A stretch of 64,000 nt of DNA from a virus. Under the pieces are notes generated by a model. That model did no database searches, was not told the DNA's origin, and saw only the letters and a list, made by a program, of their open reading frames with translations. Both the position numbers and the translations under genes were made by a program. Where the stretch lies: IMG/VR virus record IMGVR_UViG_3300042878_000903, positions 45,969-109,968 of that record; one strand, 5' to 3'. This document shows positions 9,936 to 21,151 of this stretch, in pieces (the first letter of the stretch is position 1; every line of letters starts with the position of its first letter).

Positions 9936-12900
9936 TTAAACATAAATCGACCTACAAGTAAGTTTTGTAGACGGGGCTTGGCTATAACCCTGCTCAATAT
10001 CCAAAACAATATATTTACCAGCCGTTTGCCCAGTATCTTCAGTTGAATAAATCATATTATTTGGATATGATATTTCAACTACATCTCCCGTTTCAATAAT
10101 AGGGTTTGGGAAAACGTCTATTTGAATAACTGTTTGTTGCTTAGACCATTGAGTTCTCATCCATTTAGAAAGCTCTTTAGCTTCAGATTCTTTTTGTATC
10201 CACATAGATTCAAATGCTACTTGCTCATCATTTTTAGTTGCAGATAAATCTGGATCAAGATACTCGAACGGGTCTAGGGGAGCTACTGTTTCTCCTACTA
10301 CGATAAAGCTTTTTTGACCACCGTCTGCTAAATCAACAAATGCTCCTGTGTTATTTAAAATATAAGCATCAATTCCAAATGAGTTTGCATCGTACCCAAG
10401 TAGAGTTACGTTGGGGTTTAATATTATTTGAGGGTATTTAACAAAACCTGGTCTTGTTGCATACCTGGTTGATATTTTTTTAATTTCTCTGGCTACTGGC
10501 CCAAATTCTTTTATCCATGGACTCGATAAAGTAGAGGCAGATCCAATAGCAATAAAGTCGCCAAACACATTTTTTAGTTCCGTGGCAGAACCAACGTATG
10601 AGCCGTAATTGTCATAAGAATAAGATCCAGTAAAATCTTCTTTCTTTAATGAAGCTATATATGCATAGTCAAATGCTGATTCACCTTGTATGCCAATTAA
10701 TGCAATTTTGTTGCCCATTGTTGTGGCTGCAGAATCAGTTGCTGTTATTACGGCATTGTTAAATTTAATTTTAAATATTCTTTGACCTGTTGTTGCTTGA
10801 GAAACTCTTACGTCTACTCTATAAAATTCTCCTCCAGATACTCCAGTAATTGATGCCTCTTCTGTCTTTTGAGTATCAGAAACTGGTGTCTCTACTCCGT
10901 TAACTATTTTAAATAGTTGTACATCTCTATAATTCAATCCTTTGTTTGCTACGTTTTGAGAAGTTCCAATTTTTAAAATATAGCCGTTTAAATTATTGGC
11001 GTCAAGACCAATGCCTAGTCCAGCAGAAACAAACTGTTCCCCAGTAACTCTTCCATTGCTACCTTTAGCAAGCTTAAAGAATAAAGCTGTTCCAATTGAA
11101 AAATATTTTTGTGATGTAAAATTAACATCTGGATTAATTGAAGCGCAATAGTATTCTTTAGATGCCGTGGGTGCAACTATTGTAAGCAAGGATCTAGATA
11201 TTAAAGAACCTGATCCATCTGTTTGTCTTAATGAAAATACTGATTGATCTTCAACATTTGTTTTTGCAGACAAGTTTAGTTTAGATCCTGTCCATTGATT
11301 TTTTAATTCGTCAATATTTACTGAGTGGCTATCGCCTACACCGATGCCTTTACCAGTTGCATTAAATGCATTTCTTTCTTTAATTCTATATCTTAGGGTA
11401 GGCTTAAAAGAATTTATCTTGCTTTCCCCAAGAAATTTAGCAATGTCTGAGTCTGACGTTATCCATTTCTTTATAACTGTATTTGGTGCAGATAGAGGTT
11501 CATATTGAAATTCAATTGCATCATATTCAATTATTTCATTGTTTATTAAAAAATACCCAGCTTTATTATAAAAAGATGTATCTGCTAAGTCGCTGTAAAT
11601 ACTAATTGGAGACAAGGATACAACTCCTTTGTCGGCATTTGTTTCGGCTGGTGCCGTTGCCAATAAAGTAGTTTGTAACGCAGCTGCACCAATTGCGGCT
11701 GGCGGAGAAACATAAAGGTTGTCTGATGAGCCCTGATAGTTTGTGCTAATAATCGGAGTGTAAATTACTTTTACTGCCTTAACAGAAGGAACTGTTTCTT
11801 TGGTTAAAGATATTATGTTAGGAATATTAACCCCCTTAGATTCACTTCTAAACTTAAATCCAGATGTCCTTGTTGGATCAAACAAATAATCTCTAGGATA
11901 AAACTGCAGAATATCATTATTATCAAATGTTGCTATCATCTGTGTGTCTCTACATAGATCTTGAATGTGTTGCCATACAGTTTTTGTGTCTTCTGTAAAC
12001 CAGTACAAAGGGACTATGGTGGCGGAGTCAACTTTATTTGCATCCCCCTTGCCATAAGTATTAAAGTTGTACCCAGTAAATCCTACGCTATCTAAAAGCC
12101 TTCTTATGATTGCTTGTGATGGAGCATTTTGAATTACAATATCTGGAGCTAGTATTTCTTGTAGAAATTTTGCTCCGTCTAATCCCTGTATGTCGATGTC
12201 TCCAAATTCAGACAAAGTGAATGAGTCTATGTAAAATACACCCTGTGGAATAACATCATCTCCTATTTTATTAAATGGAGAAACTTTTACATTCTTATAT
12301 AGGTTAATGTTGTCTTTGTTAAATGGCATTGTTTTATCATACTCAATACCCCTTTTATCGTAGCCCTCAAGCGACATAGATAAGGCATTTGAAGTTACAG
12401 ATCCAACTGGAACAATACCAGATGAGTCATCGGATGAGGTTTTTGAAACTTGAAAAGAAACTATTCTATTTGACACATCTTGTATATATCTGGCTCCGAC
12501 CTCTATTATTCCAAGATACGAGTTGGCAACACTGATTGTATTAACAGTGACAATAATCTTTTTAATATTTACTGGGGCCGACGGAGTTGTAAATTTTGTC
12601 GTTGACCATGAGGATCCATTCCAATATAATTGAAACACTCCATTGTCTGGAACAACTCCATTTGTAGATATTGTTGTTTCTGTACCAGCGTGATCTTGTA
12701 TTTTAATAGACCATGTAGATGGCTTAGAGTAAGAAGTTTCAAATTTAACAAGTATGGTATTAGTAACAGCAGTTTTTGATATTGGATAATCTACAGTAAA
12801 ACTAAAATTACTTAATGTTGTGCCGCCAGATTTAGGTGAAACCCAAAACTTGTATTGATTTTTAGGACTAGAAAAATAAGTTCTTACTGGAAGATCTGAA

Positions 12901-13232
12901 GAAACGTTATATTTTGGTATGCTATTTGTAACATTTGGGTTTAATATAAAATAATTAATTCCTGCTGCCGAAGGTCTTCTTGGGTCTATTATGCTGGTTA
13001 ATGGAAATAATTTTTTAAATGGCTGATATGTTTTACCAGTAATTGGGTCTGTTTGAGTTGCAGTTTCAGCTGGTGTAGCCGTAACAGATGCATTTAAAAT
13101 TAAATCGTTCATATTATATTCTAGCCAGCATCCGCCTGACATTGAATATGAAGCAGATGTATTTAGTTTATCTAGAGTTGTTTGGCTTACTGATTGCATT
13201 ATACTTCTTCCAGCGAAATACTTACATCCCAA
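9936..13232 (-). CDS. large minor tail (hub/baseplate) protein
   Basis: 1098 aa after the distal tail gene; C-terminal NPIIETGDVV...YIVLDIEQ hub-like motif; true start may be 13199. Confidence 0.7.
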   Translation of the reverse strand: MGCKYFAGRSIMQSVSQTTLDKLNTSASYSMSGGCWLEYNMNDLILNASVTATPAETATQTDPITGKTYQPFKKLFPLTSIIDPRRPSAAGINYFILNPNVTNSIPKYNVSSDLPVRTYFSSPKNQYKFWVSPKSGGTTLSNFSFTVDYPISKTAVTNTILVKFETSYSKPSTWSIKIQDHAGTETTISTNGVVPDNGVFQLYWNGSSWSTTKFTTPSAPVNIKKIIVTVNTISVANSYLGIIEVGARYIQDVSNRIVSFQVSKTSSDDSSGIVPVGSVTSNALSMSLEGYDKRGIEYDKTMPFNKDNINLYKNVKVSPFNKIGDDVIPQGVFYIDSFTLSEFGDIDIQGLDGAKFLQEILAPDIVIQNAPSQAIIRRLLDSVGFTGYNFNTYGKGDANKVDSATIVPLYWFTEDTKTVWQHIQDLCRDTQMIATFDNNDILQFYPRDYLFDPTRTSGFKFRSESKGVNIPNIISLTKETVPSVKAVKVIYTPIISTNYQGSSDNLYVSPPAAIGAAALQTTLLATAPAETNADKGVVSLSPISIYSDLADTSFYNKAGYFLINNEIIEYDAIEFQYEPLSAPNTVIKKWITSDSDIAKFLGESKINSFKPTLRYRIKERNAFNATGKGIGVGDSHSVNIDELKNQWTGSKLNLSAKTNVEDQSVFSLRQTDGSGSLISRSLLTIVAPTASKEYYCASINPDVNFTSQKYFSIGTALFFKLAKGSNGRVTGEQFVSAGLGIGLDANNLNGYILKIGTSQNVANKGLNYRDVQLFKIVNGVETPVSDTQKTEEASITGVSGGEFYRVDVRVSQATTGQRIFKIKFNNAVITATDSAATTMGNKIALIGIQGESAFDYAYIASLKKEDFTGSYSYDNYGSYVGSATELKNVFGDFIAIGSASTLSSPWIKEFGPVAREIKKISTRYATRPGFVKYPQIILNPNVTLLGYDANSFGIDAYILNNTGAFVDLADGGQKSFIVVGETVAPLDPFEYLDPDLSATKNDEQVAFESMWIQKESEAKELSKWMRTQWSKQQTVIQIDVFPNPIIETGDVVEISYPNNMIYSTEDTGQTAGKYIVLDIEQGYSQAPSTKLTCRSIYV

Positions 13233-13648
13233 AATGCCTGTGCTGCATCCGCCGTTTTTTCCTTTACATTTCTTTTGATCATATTAAATGAGCATGAAGT
13301 AAAGCTTGCGGCAAAATCTTCGGTTCTGGCTGAGTTATAGGCTATTCTTACATTAAATGTTCCTTGGCCCTTAGCACTTAAATAAAATGCTTTTATATCT
13401 TCTGCTCCCCAGCCTGCATCTACGGTCATGGTGGAATATGACGGAACCATGCTCCAGGAGGTGGATATGTTCTTCTTATCGGCTATAAACAGCTTTCTAA
13501 GGCTTCCATTGGCCATCCTAGAGGTCTGCTCAAAGCGTTGTACATCTACGGATATTGGGGACCTATTATGTTCAGTTAATTTTTGCCATACGCTATTAGC
13601 ATCTTGTATAAACAATGCTGAGCCGACTGGTAATACTAAAGCTGCCAT
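13199..13648 (-). CDS. distal tail protein
   Basis: Directly after tape measure; RMANGSLR...W motif and C-terminal SISLEEV. Confidence 0.65.
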   Translation of the reverse strand: MAALVLPVGSALFIQDANSVWQKLTEHNRSPISVDVQRFEQTSRMANGSLRKLFIADKKNISTSWSMVPSYSTMTVDAGWGAEDIKAFYLSAKGQGTFNVRIAYNSARTEDFAASFTSCSFNMIKRNVKEKTADAAQAFWDVSISLEEV

Positions 13649-16600
13649 TATATATTCTTCCCTTGTCCAACCATTTTAACATTAACTTTAGCCTTTTGTC
13701 CAATAACAACTTCTGCTTTTTTAATAATCATATTTGATAATGCCTCAACATCCATTCCATCAGATGCGTATATGTTTTGATTTACAACATATGATGCTCC
13801 AATTGCTCCATCGCCTTTTACATTATATGACCTCTTGTCAAAGCTATATCTTGGAGATGCGGCAGCCAATGTATTCATAACATCGTTTGGCATAATATTG
13901 GCACGATTTTTTAAGTGAACAAACTCTGGTCCCTTTTCTCCAACAAGATACATTCCGCTAGCGCCACCCTGTACGCCAGCAGCAGCTTTACCCATGAAAA
14001 CAATATTTCCATTTGTTTTGCTCTTGCCATACCTTTGACCATTCCAAATAAAGGTCTCACCTATTTGTAGGTCTTGGTTATTTGCAATTGATCTTCTAGC
14101 CTGTGCATTTAAAACCTTTGTCTTAACTCCATTAAATTCTTTTTCTTCCATTGCATTTGAATAATTTCCTGAAACAGCAATATCTTTTCTTAATGCTGGC
14201 TTGCCATTTACACCCTTTACCGCATCTACAACATCTTTAAGAGATGCTCCGCCTTTAATGCTATTTGCAAGTGCTTCATTTACAGCAGATCCCGCTCCCG
14301 ATTTTGCCAATATGCTTAGTGCATTTGCTTGTGGAGAAACTGGAATTTTATTAGTTACTACTTTTCCACCTTCATAATTTGAATACTCGGTGTATCTTGG
14401 CATTTTTTCGCCAGTAGCAGCTTCTACTGCAGCTACTAATCCTGCTGCTGCTTCTTTATTTGTTTTAACATAATCTTCTACAGATTTACCAGCAGCTTGT
14501 GCATTACCATAAAGCGCAGTCATGGAGTTATTAACTTTGTCTATTGCTGCAATTGCTTCAGCTTGTTTTTTGCGGTACGAATCTAGACTTTCTCCAGCAA
14601 GTGCTGCGCTATCTGCAAGGTCCTGTTGTTTATTTCCAAGAGCTTCGATGGCGGCCTTAAGAGGTGCATTTGCTGCTTCAGTTGCCTTATCAATAGCTTT
14701 TGATTGCGACTCTGTTTGTTGTTGACTTGTTAATGATTCTAAATCAAGTCTAAGCTCTTGAGACTTTTGAGTATCTCCAGTTGCTTCAGCATTTTGCATT
14801 GCAAGTCTAGTCTTTTCAATTTGTCTGCCAAGATCCGCATCTGCTTGTGCGGCAGATAATGCTTTCTTTCTAGCTTCTGCCAGTTTATTATTTGCTTCAA
14901 TTTGCTTGTTAAGTGAAGACAACTTATCTCTATCAGATATTTGCTGTGAAACTGTTTGTCCCTTTAGTGCTTTTGTATAAGACTTAATCTTATCTTCTAG
15001 CTTAGCAAGTGCACTATATTGTTTCGATAGAAGCCCGTCTTTGCTTGAATTTGTTGCCACTACAGATGTATTTATAGCTGCAAATGAATCGGCAATTAAT
15101 TTTGTTTGTGCAGCATTTAATTGAGAAAGATCTCCAGTAAATCCTTGCGCCTGCAGCCTAATCTTTTCCCACACACTTACAACCGTATCAGATCCATTAA
15201 TCATTTTCTTAACCTCTGGATTTGTTTTGGCCATTTCATCAACTGTTCCCTGAGTAATTACTGCCCCAGCTTCTTTTGATTTATTTATTTGATCAAGCAT
15301 TATTTTTTCAGCTTCTGCATAACTGAGAGACTTTGTTTTTCCAGTTAAATCTTTTGCTACTAGTCTTTCTCTCTTTGCGATTAAATCATTAATTCCAGTC
15401 TCGGTAGCCATAAGAGCTGTGTTTAATGATGCTGCTTTTTCTTTATTTCCTTGGTCTTTTGTATCAGCCCCAAAACTTGTAACTGCAGAAACTGCAGCAG
15501 TTTGAGGATCTGTAATTGCTTTAAATGCTGCATTGCCAAGTGTTGCAGTAATTGATTGGTCTTTCTTATTTGAAAGCTGAAGCATTGTATATACTTTCTT
15601 GGTTGCTTCTTCTGCAGACATCCCAGCAGCAATTAACTGCTCTTTAATTCTTCGAACTGCATCTGGAACCTTATTAGATGGCTGTCTATCTAGTGCCTTA
15701 ATCTGTTCACCAAATGTTTCTTTTACTTCAATCTTTAATTTTTTGTATTCTGCAATAGTCATTTGGAATGGAGTTCCGCCATCCTTCATGCTTTCGTAAA
15801 TTAATTTATTTGCATCAGCTAAATCTTTTGCGTCTTGTATAGTATCTTTAATTTTTAAACCAAAGTCTGTGAATCTAAGTCCAGCTTTTTTAGCTGCTTC
15901 TGCGGTTAAACCAAATGTAGCTATATTAAGAGTTTGTCCTTCTTTATAATTTTTCCATGCTTTGTAACCAGCAATTACTGCTACTGTTACCGCTGCTAAT
16001 GGTGCAACTAGTCCTGCTGCTGCTGCTGCAGTTGCGCCAAATCCTGCAGAAGCTAATCCTGCTGTTGCTGCGCTGGCCGCTGCACGTTTTGTGATCATTC
16101 CACCAATTTTTGGAAGAAGCATTTGGCCACCCATCATTCCAGCCATGCTACCCATCATTGCGCCATTTTGACCACCAAGTTTTCCACCTATTGCTCCACC
16201 TGCTGCCATTCCGCCCATCATACCAACCATGTTTGCGCCAGCACCTTGACCAAACTCTGGATTTAATCCTTTTGTCTTTAAGTATTGTATTGGGTGCATA
16301 ATTGCTGCTGTTGAGTATGCGGCATTAGTTTTAAATGAACTAGCCATTCTTGCAGCACGATCTTCTTTTCCACCTGGGAATGCTCCTGGTACTCCAGCAA
16401 CTAATATTTCAGAACCACCACGTTTGTAAGACGAACCAATGGATTTAGCTGCTGATGTTATAGAGTTTGCATATAATTTTGATCCGTCTACAAGTGATCT
16501 TATTGAATAAGATACCTGATCATTAATCATTCTTGTGCTTGTTATTAATTTATTTGAGCCTGCTTTAAGAGAAGAAGCTATTGATGAGAAAGCAGAGTCT

Positions 16601-19600
16601 ATAGATGAGCCTGCTCCTGATAAGGGAAGTTTTAATCCTGGTGCATAAGGGAAAGATCTTTGGCCCCCGTAAGATTTAGCTGCTTCAGCACGTGCTGCTT
16701 TTTCTGCAAGTTGTTCTGCACGTTTTGCTGGATTTCCACTAAGCCCATATGAGTCTTTATCATTCCTAATAACTCCGCCAATTTCATATCCTGGAATAAT
16801 TTTTCCACTTTGAAGTGGTCTAAATATTTCTGGTCCTTTTTCTCCAACAACATAATTTTGTCCTGGAGATACTGGCCCACCCATTTCTCTATTTCCTCTA
16901 ATATCAAATATTTTCTTTTTAAGCTCTTCTGTCATTGGGGTATTTTGTTTTGAATCCCAAGTTAAATATTTATTTTTTAATATGTCTTTATCTATTGGAG
17001 AAAGCTGTCTTATAATATTTCTGTCAGCAATTAAATCATTAGCAGCCTGTCTAATAATTGAATCTAGTACGTCTGGCTCAAGACCATGCTTTAAAGCACC
17101 AGTCTTTGGATCTTTAACATATCCGTACGGCTTTTCTTTTGCCATAGCCGCTGCAAACTTGTCATAGAATAATTTTTGTGTATTTTTTCTTAAGCCAGAA
17201 TTTGCAAATAATGTTTCTGCCATTCCTATTGAAAGTGAGTTAACTCCCCATGGCGCTGACTCATACATACTAGGCTTAGGAGCTCCAGTTGGTCCAAATC
17301 CTGCACCAATTCTTCTCATAGCTAAGCCCTTTAAAACATTGCCAATTATTCCTCCGTTATTAAACTTAGGCATCATGTGTGCCAGTGCGGTAGGTTCTCC
17401 ATTAATTTTTTCTATTCCATAATTACGATATGATCCCATGTACCGTGTACCATTGGCATCATTTGCTTCCATAAGTTTTGCTAAATCTGTTTTACCATAT
17501 GGGTTTAAAGCAGTCTCTGCTTGAATTCCCCTAGCAACTGGGTCAGTTGAATGTGCTCTTCTTTGTCCTGGTACATTTAAGCTTTCTAAATATTCTTTTC
17601 TTAAACGAAGTTCTTTGGCTATTGAAAGGTATTCTTTGTGTTGAAGCCTTGACCATTCTGCTTCTCCAATTTTTCCAGTACCAGATAAACCAGAAACTAT
17701 GTTTGTTCTAGCACGATCAGTTAATAGTGCTATTTTATCTGGAGGTACTTTGTTTACCTGTAAGAATCTGGTAAGTGAAGGTAAAGCCTGTTGAGATGAG
17801 CCATGCATTAAATCGCTTACAATGTCAGCTTTTTTAGCAGCACCATGAGAAAGAGCTGTATTAACACTTGCTCTTAATCTTCCGCCCCAATTTCCTACGA
17901 AATAATATTGCCTACTTAATTCTTTGGATGACGATCTAAGCGCAGTTCCAAAAACACTGTCTTGGTATGCTCTAGCTTCTGCACCAGACAAAGACATATC
18001 TCTGCCTCGAAGCATTTCTCTTGAAAGCTTTGGATTACGCTTAAATAATTGTGCTAAAATTTTGCCCATTACTGCTGGGTTTATTGCTCCATAATTAGAG
18101 GTTGAAAGACTAATCTTTCCGCCACCCATATTTCCTGGAAGTGGTCTTCCGTTATTTGCTGCATCTACTGCTGCAAATAGTTCTGGATTGTCTTGAATTC
18201 CTGGACCAAATACTGTTTCTTGCGGTGTAAGAAGAGCAGTAATATTACCACTAGATTTTTTATGTGTTGAAGGAGCGGCTGCAACAAGTGCTGCATTTTT
18301 TGGATCTAAAGATGCTTCTTGATTTAATACATATCCGCCCAATGGAACGCTACCCATTCTATCATCATACGAAATAGATGCAGGTCCGCTTACCCGAGTT
18401 TTATTTTGACCAAAGTCTTCAATTTTTCCGCCAGCATTAAATCTAGGTTTTGTTGTTTGAATACTATATCCTGCTCCAGAAGTTCTAACACCAAGACCAC
18501 GGGCAATAGAATCTACAAGCTTAGAAGTGTCTGACTTATGGAAAAGCTCTTTCATATTTGACTTGCCAGCTGCGCTTACTACTGGCTGAGATGTGAGCGG
18601 TACCATCCCTAAGTTTATGCTTCTTGCTTGAGCCGTAGCTACACCCTGTGCTGTTTGAGCTAGCATAACTTCTACTTGTCGATTTAATGCAAATATCTTG
18701 GCTCTAGCTGCCTCTACTGTAATTTTACCAGCCTGTAATTGTTTAACAATTAATGCTGTTTCGTCTGCTGCCAAAGAAGTTATCTTTGTCATTTGTGGAA
18801 GTAATGCTTGATATGAATCTGATAGTGATGCTGTTACTGTTCCAGTAGCAGCAATTTCAGTTTTAAGTAATGCTATTTCCGCCTTGGACTGCATTGCTAA
18901 TGCTGCAGTCATAGAATGCCACTTAGCTGCTTCTGCTGCAACTATTCCATTTGAAACTCCATTAACTGAAGTAACTCCAGGAATCCTTGGAAGGTCATCA
19001 CTCATGTATGTCTGTGGTGAATTTGAAAGTCTTAGGTTTACTGGCTTAGGCCCAGGAACAGTAGAGAATATTGTTTCGCCTGCCCTTTGTTCTGCAGTCT
19101 TTGATCCAGTTGGAATAACATGGGACATGTCTCTTGAATAAGATTTACCGACAAGTGGATTGTCTTTGTCTACAATTCTTCCTCCGCCTCGCATAACTGG
19201 ATTACCAGCTATTGTAGACATGCTGTTGCTAGTTGCAACGGTAGATGACATTGCGCTCTGTTTTAATTTTTCAAATGATGCTGCTAATGTTAAAACTGCA
19301 TCAGAAAATGTAGCTGCTGCCTTTGTGTCACTGTAGAATGATTGCTCTACATTTTTTGCAGCAGATGATGCTGCCATTAATTCTGGAGTTAATAACTTAA
19401 ATCCTGTCCCGCCCTTGCCAATGTTTTTAAGAGCAAGTATTCCTTTAATAATGTATCCAAAGAAGTTGGCAAGTACACCAGTTAACATAATAATAGGACC
19501 AGCAACTGCTGTAAGGCTTCCAATAAATCCTAATACTGCTTTAATTGGGCCAGGAAGGTTTCCAATAAACTTTACAATGCCGTCAATTGCATTTAATACA

Positions 19601-21147
19601 AATGTTCCAACTTTTAGGAACTGCTCTCCAATTACTGCTAAATCTGCCTTTACTGACTCTAATGCTCTTCTGTATTTACCAGATGCAGACTCAGTCATTG
19701 TTTTTAATTCTCGCTCAGATATGCTAGCAAGATCTTTTGTGCTGGCCTTCATCAAATCTAGTACCTGTAGTGTCTGGCTTCCTTCTTTTCCAAGGTTCTC
19801 AAATAGTGCGTTTATTCTTGCAAATTGAAACTTACCAAATAGTTGTTCAATTGCTCTTGCTCTTTGTAATGGCTCAAGAGAATCTAATGAATCTTTCAGT
19901 GCCATAACTGTTCCAGTTAGATTGCCAGCATTCTTTTCAACTATTCCGCCTAGATCAATGCCAAATCCCATGAACTGCTCTTTGGCAACCTTTGTTGGAT
20001 TAATTATAGATGCTAATGCAGACTTTAATGCGTTTGCTCCTTCTGAAGCATTAATACCACCTTCACGCATTGCAGTTAAATAAAGTGCAAGATCTTGTAT
20101 GTCTCCGCCCAATGCTTTTACAACTGGACCAGCTTTAGGAATTGCTTCTACTAAATCTGCAAGGCTTGTTGAAGTTTGGTTTTCTACTGAGTTTAAAAAG
20201 TCAATTGATTCTGCAAGCTCTTGTGAGTTTTGGCTAAATGCTGTTTGAATTGCAAGAGTAGCTTTCATTGCTTCTTGTCTATCAACTTCACCAAGTACTG
20301 CAAGTCTGGTTGTTTGTCTAGTAGATTCTAGAAGGTCTGCTCCTTCTTTTCCAGTTGCGGCAATGTCCGCAGCTAAACCAATCGTTTCTGTAAAGTTTGC
20401 GCCTAGGGTGGAAGCTAGCTCTCTAGACAATGAAGAAACATCTTTTCTTACCTTTAATAAATCAGCAGCTGATGTTGCTGTTAATCCGCCATAAACCTTT
20501 GTAAGTCTTACAAGACCTTCGTCTGCTTCTTTAAATGCTTTTGCAGCAGCCATTCCAAACGCTGCTAGCGGTACAGTAAGTCCTACTGTAAGCTGTCTAC
20601 CCGCCCATTGTGTATTTTTACCCCAGTTAATAAGTTGGTTTGATCCATCCATCATTACCTTATTCATGATAGATAGTTCTTGTCTTAATAATGCAGACTT
20701 ATTCTTGGTTACGTCTAGTCCAGATTGAACCATTACGTTATATTGCATTAACCCTTGAGCATTTTTGCCTAGTGGTTGTATGATTGAGTTTTCAAGCATT
20801 ACTTGCTGTTTAGCTAAGTCTCTAACTAATGAGCTAGTTTTTTGTGTATGTCCTTGCCAGGTTCTAAAATATTGTCCTAGCTTCATTCTTCCGCTATCTA
20901 GGTTCTGTCCGAACTTAGATACGTCTGAGGTTAGTGTTACGAAGTGTCTGGCAAACTGGCCAGTGGAGCGCATGGTTTCGTCAAACTGACGATTCATTAC
21001 TCCAACTTGGCTAGTTAAATTTTTATTTAAACCAATTGTTGTAGCTTGAAGTTTTAGAAGTTGGGAGGTCACCGCTTGTAACTGCGCTGTTAGGCTACTA
21101 AAATTAGCCGTCGCAGTTATGTTGGTAACTATATTTTGATCTGCCAA
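13648..21147 (-). CDS. tape measure protein
   Basis: 2499 aa, Ala/Gly-rich, TP901-like core (LTVGLTVPL..., AGNALK-like EGANALKS), TM segments, VGEKGPE motifs; TTG start. Confidence 0.93.
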   Translation of the reverse strand: MADQNIVTNITATANFSSLTAQLQAVTSQLLKLQATTIGLNKNLTSQVGVMNRQFDETMRSTGQFARHFVTLTSDVSKFGQNLDSGRMKLGQYFRTWQGHTQKTSSLVRDLAKQQVMLENSIIQPLGKNAQGLMQYNVMVQSGLDVTKNKSALLRQELSIMNKVMMDGSNQLINWGKNTQWAGRQLTVGLTVPLAAFGMAAAKAFKEADEGLVRLTKVYGGLTATSAADLLKVRKDVSSLSRELASTLGANFTETIGLAADIAATGKEGADLLESTRQTTRLAVLGEVDRQEAMKATLAIQTAFSQNSQELAESIDFLNSVENQTSTSLADLVEAIPKAGPVVKALGGDIQDLALYLTAMREGGINASEGANALKSALASIINPTKVAKEQFMGFGIDLGGIVEKNAGNLTGTVMALKDSLDSLEPLQRARAIEQLFGKFQFARINALFENLGKEGSQTLQVLDLMKASTKDLASISERELKTMTESASGKYRRALESVKADLAVIGEQFLKVGTFVLNAIDGIVKFIGNLPGPIKAVLGFIGSLTAVAGPIIMLTGVLANFFGYIIKGILALKNIGKGGTGFKLLTPELMAASSAAKNVEQSFYSDTKAAATFSDAVLTLAASFEKLKQSAMSSTVATSNSMSTIAGNPVMRGGGRIVDKDNPLVGKSYSRDMSHVIPTGSKTAEQRAGETIFSTVPGPKPVNLRLSNSPQTYMSDDLPRIPGVTSVNGVSNGIVAAEAAKWHSMTAALAMQSKAEIALLKTEIAATGTVTASLSDSYQALLPQMTKITSLAADETALIVKQLQAGKITVEAARAKIFALNRQVEVMLAQTAQGVATAQARSINLGMVPLTSQPVVSAAGKSNMKELFHKSDTSKLVDSIARGLGVRTSGAGYSIQTTKPRFNAGGKIEDFGQNKTRVSGPASISYDDRMGSVPLGGYVLNQEASLDPKNAALVAAAPSTHKKSSGNITALLTPQETVFGPGIQDNPELFAAVDAANNGRPLPGNMGGGKISLSTSNYGAINPAVMGKILAQLFKRNPKLSREMLRGRDMSLSGAEARAYQDSVFGTALRSSSKELSRQYYFVGNWGGRLRASVNTALSHGAAKKADIVSDLMHGSSQQALPSLTRFLQVNKVPPDKIALLTDRARTNIVSGLSGTGKIGEAEWSRLQHKEYLSIAKELRLRKEYLESLNVPGQRRAHSTDPVARGIQAETALNPYGKTDLAKLMEANDANGTRYMGSYRNYGIEKINGEPTALAHMMPKFNNGGIIGNVLKGLAMRRIGAGFGPTGAPKPSMYESAPWGVNSLSIGMAETLFANSGLRKNTQKLFYDKFAAAMAKEKPYGYVKDPKTGALKHGLEPDVLDSIIRQAANDLIADRNIIRQLSPIDKDILKNKYLTWDSKQNTPMTEELKKKIFDIRGNREMGGPVSPGQNYVVGEKGPEIFRPLQSGKIIPGYEIGGVIRNDKDSYGLSGNPAKRAEQLAEKAARAEAAKSYGGQRSFPYAPGLKLPLSGAGSSIDSAFSSIASSLKAGSNKLITSTRMINDQVSYSIRSLVDGSKLYANSITSAAKSIGSSYKRGGSEILVAGVPGAFPGGKEDRAARMASSFKTNAAYSTAAIMHPIQYLKTKGLNPEFGQGAGANMVGMMGGMAAGGAIGGKLGGQNGAMMGSMAGMMGGQMLLPKIGGMITKRAAASAATAGLASAGFGATAAAAAGLVAPLAAVTVAVIAGYKAWKNYKEGQTLNIATFGLTAEAAKKAGLRFTDFGLKIKDTIQDAKDLADANKLIYESMKDGGTPFQMTIAEYKKLKIEVKETFGEQIKALDRQPSNKVPDAVRRIKEQLIAAGMSAEEATKKVYTMLQLSNKKDQSITATLGNAAFKAITDPQTAAVSAVTSFGADTKDQGNKEKAASLNTALMATETGINDLIAKRERLVAKDLTGKTKSLSYAEAEKIMLDQINKSKEAGAVITQGTVDEMAKTNPEVKKMINGSDTVVSVWEKIRLQAQGFTGDLSQLNAAQTKLIADSFAAINTSVVATNSSKDGLLSKQYSALAKLEDKIKSYTKALKGQTVSQQISDRDKLSSLNKQIEANNKLAEARKKALSAAQADADLGRQIEKTRLAMQNAEATGDTQKSQELRLDLESLTSQQQTESQSKAIDKATEAANAPLKAAIEALGNKQQDLADSAALAGESLDSYRKKQAEAIAAIDKVNNSMTALYGNAQAAGKSVEDYVKTNKEAAAGLVAAVEAATGEKMPRYTEYSNYEGGKVVTNKIPVSPQANALSILAKSGAGSAVNEALANSIKGGASLKDVVDAVKGVNGKPALRKDIAVSGNYSNAMEEKEFNGVKTKVLNAQARRSIANNQDLQIGETFIWNGQRYGKSKTNGNIVFMGKAAAGVQGGASGMYLVGEKGPEFVHLKNRANIMPNDVMNTLAAASPRYSFDKRSYNVKGDGAIGASYVVNQNIYASDGMDVEALSNMIIKKAEVVIGQKAKVNVKMVGQGKNI

Positions 21148-21151
21148 CTAC

